The notes beneath the pieces are model-generated. The model was not told where the DNA came from, searched no databases, and was given only the letters and a program-made list of their open reading frames with translations. Shown in pieces: positions 57,522 through 64,000 of a stretch of DNA of 64,000 nt. Location of the stretch: the NCBI GenBank assembly GCA_029775855.1, contig JARVJZ010000006.1, forward strand, positions 12,353 to 76,352. Reading direction: 5' to 3'. Source of the DNA: Nitrososphaeria archaeon. GTDB lineage: Archaea; Thermoproteota; Nitrososphaeria; Nitrososphaerales; JAAOZN01. Within the stretch, counting starts at the first letter, position 1; every line of letters starts with the position of its first letter. The position numbers and the translations under genes are program-made.

Positions 57522-57881
57522 ATGAGCAAGATGAAGATCGCAGTAGCAACAGATGATGGGGAAACAATAAGTCCTCACTTTGGGCGAGCAAAATCGTTTC
57601 TAGTAGTTGAGGTTGAAGACGGAAAGATCGTAAAGAAGGAGTTAAGGAGGATGATAGGCGGAGGAGGTGAGCATCACCACGGCGCGTGTGACCACAAAGC
57701 GATGATTGACAACATAAGAGATTGCCAAATAGTAATAAGCTTCGGCATGGGTTGGAGAATATACCAAGACCTTAGAGCAAGCGGCATTACACCCATTGTC
57801 ACAGATAAAGAGAATGTAGAAGCAGCGGTAGAAGCATATCTCAAAGGAGAACTAGCCAACAGAACAGACAAACTCCACTAA
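57522..57881 (+). CDS. NifX/NifB-C-terminal-like (dinitrogenase FeMo-cofactor-binding fold) protein
   Basis: KIAVATDDGETISPHFGRAKSFLVVEVEDGKIV...IRDCQIVISFGMGWRIYQDLRASGI matches the PF02579-type pattern. His-rich loop GGGEHHHGACDH. Possible starts at 57519, 57522 and 57531. Confidence 0.8.
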   Translation: MSKMKIAVATDDGETISPHFGRAKSFLVVEVEDGKIVKKELRRMIGGGGEHHHGACDHKAMIDNIRDCQIVISFGMGWRIYQDLRASGITPIVTDKENVEAAVEAYLKGELANRTDKLH

Positions 57882-58231
57882 ATACAAACAAAAATACTAA
57901 TGCTACAGCGGTAATGGTGCTGCTAATTGGTGTGACCTTGATTGCTACTAACTGTATACTTTACAGAAGAAGCTTGAGAGGTAGCAAAGTTAAGTGACTC
58001 ATCAACCGCTTCTCCAGATTCTATGCGCCCTAGGATTTATCCCACTTTGGATTGGGGTCTTAGGGGATGATGGGGTAACACTGATCGTGATCGCCTACGC
58101 TCTGCCCCTCTTGAGATTCAAGAGTTAATGATCTCACCAGCCCCCTATATGATATGTTATGCCATAACTACGATTCGAACTATGACAAACTAGTGCTCAA
58201 TCTGCCAAAAAGGAAAAATGCTGAGAGAAAG

Positions 58232-58345
58232 TGGTAGCCCGGGGCAGATTCGAACTGCCGTCACCGGCTAACCCCTCTTTTACCTTTTTGGGATCCAGAG
58301 GCCGGTATCCCTAGCCCTTTGGGTTGGCCGCTAGACGACCGGGCT
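58232..58345 (-). tRNA. tRNA-Gln (anticodon CUG) with two putative introns, CCA encoded
   Basis: Acceptor AGCCCGG/CCGGGCT (A1-U72, discriminator A), T arm GGCAG-TTCGAAT-CTGCC, anticodon stem CCGGC/GCCGG, loop CTCTGG. CTG corresponds to + strand 58296-58298. A 25-nt insert follows position 37 (58270-58294) and about 12 extra nt sit in the D loop (58314-58325). Confidence 0.8.
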
Positions 58346-58422
58346 GCCTTCTTATAGTGTGTTTGGTTGGGTTATTGACTTTTTCCTCTTTGTTTTCGTT
58401 AGGCTTATAGTGTTGTTCTTCG

Positions 58423-59646
58423 ATGGTTTGGTGTGTGGTTGGTTTGGTGGGTGTGGCTGCTAGGGTTGGTGAGGTTGAGTATGCGATTCGTGAGGTTGCT
58501 GCGTTGGCTGCTAAGCTCTCTAAGTCTGGTGTTAAGATTATACCTTTGAATATTGGTGATCCTGTTAAGTTCGATTTTAAGACGCCTACTTACATTAAGG
58601 AGGCTTTGGTTAAGGCTGTTTTAGAGGATCAGAATATGTATGGTCCTTCTGAGGGGTTACCGGAGCTGCGTAAAGCGATCTCTGAGCGTTTAAGTGGGTT
58701 TGGTGCTGATATAGTTGAAGATGATATTATAATCACGAATGGTATATCTGAGGGTATACAGATGCTCACTGGTGTTCTGGTTGAGGCTGGGGATGAGGTT
58801 CTTGTGCCTTCGCCTAGCTACCCTAGCTATAATGCTTACATCAGATTTTATGGTGGTAAAGCGGTATCTTACCGCACTGTTGAAGAGGATGGTTGGGCTC
58901 CTGATATAGAGCACCTTAGAAGTAGAGTATCCAAGAGAACGAAAGCGGTTTTGCTCATTAACCCAAATAATCCGACTGGTGCGCTTTACGATGCGAAGAC
59001 GGTTAAGGAGGTTGTGCAGATAGCTGCTGAAAACAACCTCATACTTATAGCAGACGAGATCTATGATGAGATAATCTTTGAGGGAAGTTTTACACCAGCT
59101 GTATCTCTAGCAAAAGATGTTAATTTCATAGGGTTGAACGGCTTCTCTAAGGCTCATCTTATGACTGGTTGGAGACTTGGCTACATATACTTGAAGGATG
59201 GGGAGTCAAGGTTAAAGGAGGTTAAGGAGGGGCTGCTTAGACTTGCTAGAGTTAGGCTCTGCCCAAATACGCCAGTTCAGAAGGCTGCTGTCGCAGCTCT
59301 AAGGGGTTCGAGAGAGCACATTCAAGATATGGTTAAGAGGCTTAGGGAGAGGAGGGATTTCAGTTTGAAGGCGATTGAAGAGGTAGAACTTTTGAGTTCA
59401 ACGACACCTAACGGCGCCTTCTACCTCTTTCCGAAGATAAACCTTAAGGGCACAAAGTGGGCTACTGATAAAGAGTTTGTCTTAGATTTATTGAGGGAGA
59501 CTGGTGTTACTGTTGTGCATGGTTCAGGCTTCGGTGAGGATTACGGCTCGAACCACTTCCGCATGGTCTTTCTACCGCCGCTGGATGTCTTAGGTGAGGC
59601 TTTCGAGAAGATCAAGAAGTTTGTGAAGACACATTACAGAAGCTAA
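58423..59646 (+). CDS. Class I/II PLP-dependent aminotransferase (aspartate/alanine aminotransferase-like)
   Basis: NIGDPVKFDF, NPNNPTG and SKAHLMTGWRLGY (PLP lysine) motifs. The first 12-15 codons lie in a G/T-only tract, so the true start is probably later. Confidence 0.85.
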   Translation: MVWCVVGLVGVAARVGEVEYAIREVAALAAKLSKSGVKIIPLNIGDPVKFDFKTPTYIKEALVKAVLEDQNMYGPSEGLPELRKAISERLSGFGADIVEDDIIITNGISEGIQMLTGVLVEAGDEVLVPSPSYPSYNAYIRFYGGKAVSYRTVEEDGWAPDIEHLRSRVSKRTKAVLLINPNNPTGALYDAKTVKEVVQIAAENNLILIADEIYDEIIFEGSFTPAVSLAKDVNFIGLNGFSKAHLMTGWRLGYIYLKDGESRLKEVKEGLLRLARVRLCPNTPVQKAAVAALRGSREHIQDMVKRLRERRDFSLKAIEEVELLSSTTPNGAFYLFPKINLKGTKWATDKEFVLDLLRETGVTVVHGSGFGEDYGSNHFRMVFLPPLDVLGEAFEKIKKFVKTHYRS

Positions 59647-59660
59647 GCTGTTATTGTGTC

Positions 59661-61562
59661 TTACATGCGTTCAACTTTGGGGAGACCGAGCAGATCTATC
59701 GCTTTGCCTAAGACCGATTTGAAGCCTCTGACCAGCATAAGCCTAGTACCCCTAATCGCCGCATCACTGCAGCTCAAGACTGGGGCGCTTTCGTAGAAGT
59801 TATTGAATGATGTTGATAGGTCTATGGTGTAGCGTGCTAGGGTTTTAGGTGAGAGGTTTCTGGCAGCTTCTTCTACTATAAGATCGAATTTTGATAGGTC
59901 TTTAAGTAGCTTCTTTTCTGTTGGCGTGGTTATGTTTATGTTTGTTGTTGTAGGTGCTATATCTTCTTCGTCTGCTTTTTCTAGTATTCTGCATGCTCTT
60001 ACATAGGAGTAGAGTATGTATGGTCCTGTGTCCCCTTCTAGTCTGAGGGATTTGTTTAGGTCGAATATCACGATCTTGTCAAGGTCTTGTTTGAGTAGGT
60101 CGAATTTGAGGGCTGCTACAGCTATGCTTTCTGAAACTCTTTCGCACCATTCGAGGCTTTCATTAGGGTTTCTTTTTACAGTTTCTTCCAGAGCTTTCTT
60201 CTTAAGAGCATCTAATACATCATCAGCGTTTAAGTAGATGCCTTTTCTCCCAGACATGTGAAGTAGCCTCTCTTCTTCTGAGAAACCCATTTCTTTAGCG
60301 GTCTGTGGTGAGAGTGAGACTACAGCATACCCTAGGTGTATGTATCGGTCTTCGACCCCTTTGGAGAGTTGTGAGAGCACAGCCTTGATGATTCTTTGAA
60401 GCCTACTCTGCCTTACATCTATGACCACGATGGTCTTCTCTGCACCGTAGAAGTCGGTCTTTTTGAAACCTTGGTTTAAGTCTGTTGCCCAGAGGGGTGA
60501 ACCGTCAGGTTGCTTTACATATTCTATGTAGTTAAATGGGTCTTCAACCAACCCTATCTTCCAAGCGGCATAGGGTATATCTTTCGCCACATAAGTTGTT
60601 GTGCCGTCTGCCCTAACCAGAACCTTCTCTTCACCCTCCTCTTCGCCTTCAACTTCAACTATCCAGCATCCTTTTAACCTACCATCTTCAGCGTACTTGA
60701 CGATGCCCTTCTCCTTTAACTCTTTAAAGACCCTATCCCAGAGCCTCGAGTGAACTATGTGCGATTCGAAGTTAAGGCAGTCATACCTTACGCCGAACCT
60801 CCAGCACGTCTTCAGCTGCTCTATTAGGATCTTTGATGTTATGCTTTTAGCGAATTCGGATATTTTGCTCGCTGGGTCTTCTAACTCTTTTAGGATCTGC
60901 CGCTGCTTTTCAAGTAGGTTGGGGTTCTGCTCATACATTTCATTAACTTTAACGTAGATTGTGTCCCCGCAGTAGTGGTCAAATTTCACGTCTGAAGGGG
61001 GTTCCTGCGGATAGTTTAGGTGTAGGAAGCCTACCAGTATGTCTGCGACTTGGGCTCCTGAGTCGTCTATGTAGTTAAGGACTTTGACGTTGTAGTTGCT
61101 GTGCTTGAGTAGGCGGTAGACCGCGTCTCCTATTGCTACGTTTCTTAGATGGCCTATGTGAAGGGCTTTGTTTGGATTGACGCTTGTGTGCTCCACAGTA
61201 ACCTTAGCACCTTTACCTAAATCAGCAACCTTTACTCCATCGCTGCTTTGAATGCTCGGCAGAAGCCTTTCAGCCAAAGCTTTGTAGTTCAGCCTGAAGT
61301 TTATGTATCCTGGGGGGTCTGCGCTTACGTCTTGTATAAGGTTGCTTCGGCTTAGGTCTATGAGGCGTGCTATATCTTCTGCTATCTTCATAGGTGGTCT
61401 CCTTAGATCTTTGGCTATTTGGAAGGCTATGTTTGACGCTAGGTCTCCGTAGTGTTCTTCAGCCGGTTCGCTGAGGTTGAATTCGACTGTGGGGTAGCTG
61501 CTTCTCTTAAGCGCTTCTTCTACTACATTCTCTGCTTCGCTCTTAAATTCTCTGAAGGTCAA
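59661..61562 (-). CDS. argS: Arginyl-tRNA synthetase
   Basis: 633 aa. HIGH-type motif NPNKALHIGHLRN, DALR anticodon-binding C-terminal domain, terminal Met typical of ArgRS. Confidence 0.95.
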   Translation of the reverse strand: MTFREFKSEAENVVEEALKRSSYPTVEFNLSEPAEEHYGDLASNIAFQIAKDLRRPPMKIAEDIARLIDLSRSNLIQDVSADPPGYINFRLNYKALAERLLPSIQSSDGVKVADLGKGAKVTVEHTSVNPNKALHIGHLRNVAIGDAVYRLLKHSNYNVKVLNYIDDSGAQVADILVGFLHLNYPQEPPSDVKFDHYCGDTIYVKVNEMYEQNPNLLEKQRQILKELEDPASKISEFAKSITSKILIEQLKTCWRFGVRYDCLNFESHIVHSRLWDRVFKELKEKGIVKYAEDGRLKGCWIVEVEGEEEGEEKVLVRADGTTTYVAKDIPYAAWKIGLVEDPFNYIEYVKQPDGSPLWATDLNQGFKKTDFYGAEKTIVVIDVRQSRLQRIIKAVLSQLSKGVEDRYIHLGYAVVSLSPQTAKEMGFSEEERLLHMSGRKGIYLNADDVLDALKKKALEETVKRNPNESLEWCERVSESIAVAALKFDLLKQDLDKIVIFDLNKSLRLEGDTGPYILYSYVRACRILEKADEEDIAPTTTNINITTPTEKKLLKDLSKFDLIVEEAARNLSPKTLARYTIDLSTSFNNFYESAPVLSCSDAAIRGTRLMLVRGFKSVLGKAIDLLGLPKVERM

Positions 61563-62275
61563 CGTTGGTTTAACCCTTCTAGCTTTATTTTAAAGAATTC
61601 TTCTGTGATGTGGTTAAGGGCTTCTACGAGGCCTTCGCCGTTTCCGCTTTTTGTGGTGTGTTTTGCTGCTTGTTTTGTTTCGCTTGTGGCGTTGGCTAGG
61701 GCTATGCTGTATCCACATAGCTTAAATATTGGTATGTCTGTTTCGCTGTCTCCTATTGCTATGGTCTCTTCTGGTTTTATGGATAGGTGTTTTAACGCTA
61801 AGGATAGCCCGGTAGCCTTGTTTACACCTTGCTGGTTTATGTGGTAAGCGTACTTTGAGTCGGTCAGCTGCACGGGTAGGTTATGCTGCTCTATCACCCT
61901 TCTCCCAGCTTCGATGTCGAAGGTTCTCTCTAACACAACATCTGTGAACCTTGGGAAGACGGGTTTCATCTTCACGCCCTCTATGCTTCTAGCCAAGACC
62001 TCATACGCTTCTAGGCATAGGGCTCTATCTGCTAATAGCGCCATCGTAGTTGGAGTGATAGCGACTACACCACCATTCTCGCCAACTATGACTCTTGTTG
62101 TGCCAAGGTAGATCGCTAAGGCGAAGAGTTCAAGAGGGGTTCTACCACTAGTTAAGATTACACGCTCTCCTAGGCGCTCCATCAAGCGAAGCGCAAAAGC
62201 TGCCTCTAGGTTTATCACACCACCATCCTCGGTTAACGTGCCATCAACATCTACAGCGAAGGCTTTGGGCTTCAA
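61559..62275 (-). CDS. HAD-superfamily phosphatase (archaeal phosphoglycolate phosphatase-like, subfamily IIB)
   Basis: FAVDVDGTLT (DxDGT nucleophile motif), TSGR, GDSETD. The stop overlaps the argS start by 4 nt. Confidence 0.65.
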   Translation of the reverse strand: MKPKAFAVDVDGTLTEDGGVINLEAAFALRLMERLGERVILTSGRTPLELFALAIYLGTTRVIVGENGGVVAITPTTMALLADRALCLEAYEVLARSIEGVKMKPVFPRFTDVVLERTFDIEAGRRVIEQHNLPVQLTDSKYAYHINQQGVNKATGLSLALKHLSIKPEETIAIGDSETDIPIFKLCGYSIALANATSETKQAAKHTTKSGNGEGLVEALNHITEEFFKIKLEGLNQR

Positions 62276-62357
62276 AGTAGTATGTAGATGCTTGATTAGA
62301 GTATATCATCTTTTTGATAAAGTTATAACAGTGGGAAGCATACGGATGCTAAGGTGG

Positions 62358-62469
62358 GGGCCCGTGGCCTAGTAAGGGTTCAGCCTAGAGTGGATCAAGG
62401 CGCTGGCCTCCGGTTCAAATATGAGGGGGGAGCCGGAGATCCGGGGTTCAAATCCCCGCGGGCCCGCCA
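62358..62469 (+). tRNA. tRNA-Arg (anticodon CCG) with two putative introns, CCA encoded
   Basis: Acceptor GGGCCCG/CGGGCCC, T arm CGGGG-TTCAAAT-CCCCG, anticodon stem CTGGC/GCCGG, loop CTCCGG (CCG at 62410-62412). A 17-nt insert follows position 37 (62414-62430). The D arm carries 16-17 extra nt within 62371-62397. Confidence 0.8.
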
Positions 62470-62573
62470 AAGGAATAGTTAGGTTTAGAACTATTAAGTA
62501 ATAGATTTAGCGTTAATAGGAAAGTATAGTAAGAACAACCTTTTTAAATGTTTGAAGCGCTTTCCCTCTAGAT

Positions 62574-63377
62574 TTGGTTCCAAATTCTTTTGAACTCGGC
62601 CGCTTTTTCTTTATGCCCCACTGTAGATTAGGGGGTCTTTGGATTGTTGCAGAGAAGGAACATGCGGTTATGCGTAGTGTGTTGGATGTTTGTTCGAAGT
62701 ATAATGCTTATCTTATATACCTAAACTTTTTGTTAGATCAGAAGAAGGGAGAGAAGGTCTTCACATTATTCTACGACTTAACCAGTTGTAGCGTAACGCT
62801 TGATAAGTTAGCGGAAGAGATCAAGGCGCTTAAGTCGATTAAGAAGGTTTTGGTAATCGAGCAGCAAGCTGAGGGGTTCATAGCAGACACAGTCACATCA
62901 CAACTTACGATGGGCGGGGTAAGAGGGTTCTTTATGAGGAGACACTTATGGGTGGTTTTGGTGAATAAGATTAGAGAGAAGTTTGGGTCTGCTGGCGAAG
63001 CCCTTCTCTACTATATGGGTTTAGACATGGGAATAAACGCGGCAAGTGAACATCTGAAGATAGCTAAGACAGTGAAGCTAGAAGATCCTGAGCAGATAAT
63101 CAAGACGCTAGGCGCACCAATATTCAGCAGCGTAGGATTAGGTCGAATGCAGATAGATATGTTCACCCTTGATCCACCTTATGCACTTATATCAGTATTT
63201 GACAACTTTGAATGCGAAGTCGCACCCGCTTCCTCAAAACCCTACAGCCAATTTGCTCGAGGAATCATCTCAGGCTACCTAACAAAAGTTTTAAACACAG
63301 AGATAGGCGTTGAGGAGATAGAATGCTTGGCGAAAGGCGACCCTTGCTGCAGATTTGAATGTAAAGCAAAAAAATAA
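62574..63377 (+). CDS. ACT-like N-terminal domain plus V4R (4-vinyl-reductase-type) small-molecule-binding domain protein
   Basis: C-terminal ...GIISGYLTKVL...EIECLAKGDPCCRFECK is the V4R hallmark. The N-terminus (LWIVAEKEHAVMRSVLDVCSKYNAYLIYLNF) looks ACT-like. Start at 62574 (TTG, about 26 nt after a TTTTTAAATG box) or ATG 62613. Confidence 0.55.
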   Translation: MVPNSFELGRFFFMPHCRLGGLWIVAEKEHAVMRSVLDVCSKYNAYLIYLNFLLDQKKGEKVFTLFYDLTSCSVTLDKLAEEIKALKSIKKVLVIEQQAEGFIADTVTSQLTMGGVRGFFMRRHLWVVLVNKIREKFGSAGEALLYYMGLDMGINAASEHLKIAKTVKLEDPEQIIKTLGAPIFSSVGLGRMQIDMFTLDPPYALISVFDNFECEVAPASSKPYSQFARGIISGYLTKVLNTEIGVEEIECLAKGDPCCRFECKAKK

Positions 63378-63427
63378 GAGCAAACACCCTACTTAATCTA
63401 AAGCGTTAAACAGAAGAACATAAACTA

Positions 63428-64000
63428 CTAAGTCCTTTCATCTACTACACGCTTAGCCTTCCCAACCTCCACCCTAGGCAGCTCACCAGGACCTACCACA
63501 ATCACTTCTGGTGTGAAGATTAGCACTTCTCGAAGCTCATTTGAGAGTTTAGCTGCAAGTTTCTTTGCCTCATCTTCACCTATCTTATTCTTCGCCTCCA
63601 CTTTGATAATCATATGGTCTGCTGAGCCTCTTCTAGTGATGGTTATGAGGTATTCTGTCCCAACCTCAGGCTGCTTCATCAAAACAGATTCCACTTGACT
63701 CGGCCAAAAGTTAACGCCACTAACCTTAATCATATCATCAACCCTACCTTGAATCCTCGCCATCCTCCTATGCGTCCTACCACATTCACACACCAGAGAA
63801 TCATAGAGGAAGGATAGATCTCTAGTTCTATATCTCAATAGAGGAGCCGCCTGCTTCTGTATCGTTGTGAAGACTAGCTCACCCTTCTCCTCAGGACCTA
63901 GCTGCTCACCCGTCTTAGGGTCGATGACCTCAACGATGAAATGATCCTCCCAGAGGTGCACACCATCATGTATCCTACAGTCATTCCCAACACCCGGGCC
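63428..64000 (-). CDS. Phenylacetate-CoA ligase (PaaK) / coenzyme F390 synthetase-family adenylating enzyme, C-terminal part (5' end outside the window)
   Basis: GPGVGNDCRIHDGVHLWEDHFIVEVIDPKTGE...LLRYRTRDL...CECGRTHRRMARIQGRVDDMIKVSGVNFWPSQVE matches the PaaK pattern. The reading frame stays open to the window edge. Confidence 0.8.
   Translation of the reverse strand, partial: GPGVGNDCRIHDGVHLWEDHFIVEVIDPKTGEQLGPEEKGELVFTTIQKQAAPLLRYRTRDLSFLYDSLVCECGRTHRRMARIQGRVDDMIKVSGVNFWPSQVESVLMKQPEVGTEYLITITRRGSADHMIIKVEAKNKIGEDEAKKLAAKLSNELREVLIFTPEVIVVGPGELPRVEVGKAKRVVDERT

Noticed and set aside
58062-58108. Possible C/D-box sRNA: GGGG-ATGATGG...CTGA..GTGATCG...CTGC-CCCC
   Set aside because: The box C and box D matches are imperfect (AUGAUGG, CUGC). 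The two guide regions would be only 7-8 nt instead of 10-12 nt, and the total length of about 47 nt is short. The pattern cannot be supported by eye.
58150-58200. GATTCGAAC (minus strand GTTCGAATC), a T-loop-like sequence suggesting another tRNA next to tRNA-Gln
   Set aside because: The flanking bases (CATAG / CGTAG) do not pair as a T stem, and no acceptor or anticodon arms can be drawn.
52455-58345. Integrated mobile element or genomic island between tRNA-Pro and tRNA-Gln
   Set aside because: I could not find an integrase, transposase or plasmid/virus gene, or a direct repeat of either tRNA 3' end. The content is ordinary metabolic and transport genes.
62414-62430. GGTTCAAAT inside the tRNA-Arg anticodon-loop insert resembles a T loop, suggesting an alternative or overlapping tRNA
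   Set aside because: No complementary T stem or acceptor stem accompanies it. The genuine T arm (CGGGG-TTCAAAT-CCCCG) lies 30 nt downstream and completes a perfect cloverleaf.
1-64000. CRISPR arrays, IS elements, long tandem or inverted repeats, rRNA genes
   Set aside because: None seen on reading the window. The only repeat I can document is the 27-nt pair in the pyrB-pyrI spacer. A computational repeat search would be needed to exclude dispersed short repeats.

Overview
A gene-dense (about 90% coding) chromosomal core region of an archaeon, with no CRISPR array, IS element, integrase or rRNA gene visible. The archaeal assignment rests on archaeal-type ribosomal proteins L3-L4-L23-L2, A1Ao ATP synthase genes, Alba, deoxyhypusine synthase, a GPN-loop GTPase, a pantoate-kinase-like GHMP kinase and intron-containing tRNAs. 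TACK/Thermoproteota affinity is only an inference, from the crenarchaeal-like ATPase gene order and tRNAs carrying two introns. Housekeeping content: the ATP synthase split over two loci (H-C/I and F-E-A-B-D-small ORF-K), B12-dependent RNR (nrdJ), pyrB/pyrI, AspRS, ArgRS, mdh, two MoeA paralogues, TldD/PmbA, HtpX, Bcp, PGM/PMM, an AlaX-like editing protein, several transporters, and three tRNA genes (Pro-CGG, Gln-CUG, Arg-CCG), all with encoded CCA. Promoter-proximal genes look leaderless, with a TATA-like (T/A)AAATAT box about 16-26 nt upstream of the start; internal operon genes have GGAGG-type ribosome-binding sites, and TTG/GTG starts are common. The most unusual item is a 691-aa wHTH + ATP-cone + NrdD-like protein that lacks a glycyl-radical motif and lies directly upstream of nrdJ, next to a putative cobalamin-uptake module. 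I propose it as an NrdR-like nucleotide-sensing regulator. Other points worth a second look: a 27-nt direct repeat framing the divergent pyrB-pyrI promoters, two unannotated small ORFs (a 47-aa ATPase-associated one and a 53-aa zinc ribbon), a DUF134/zinc-ribbon/NifX-like cluster on a 35-nt bidirectional promoter, three tandem RAM-domain-only genes, and double-intron tRNAs. All functional calls come from motif recognition by eye. No database search was run.
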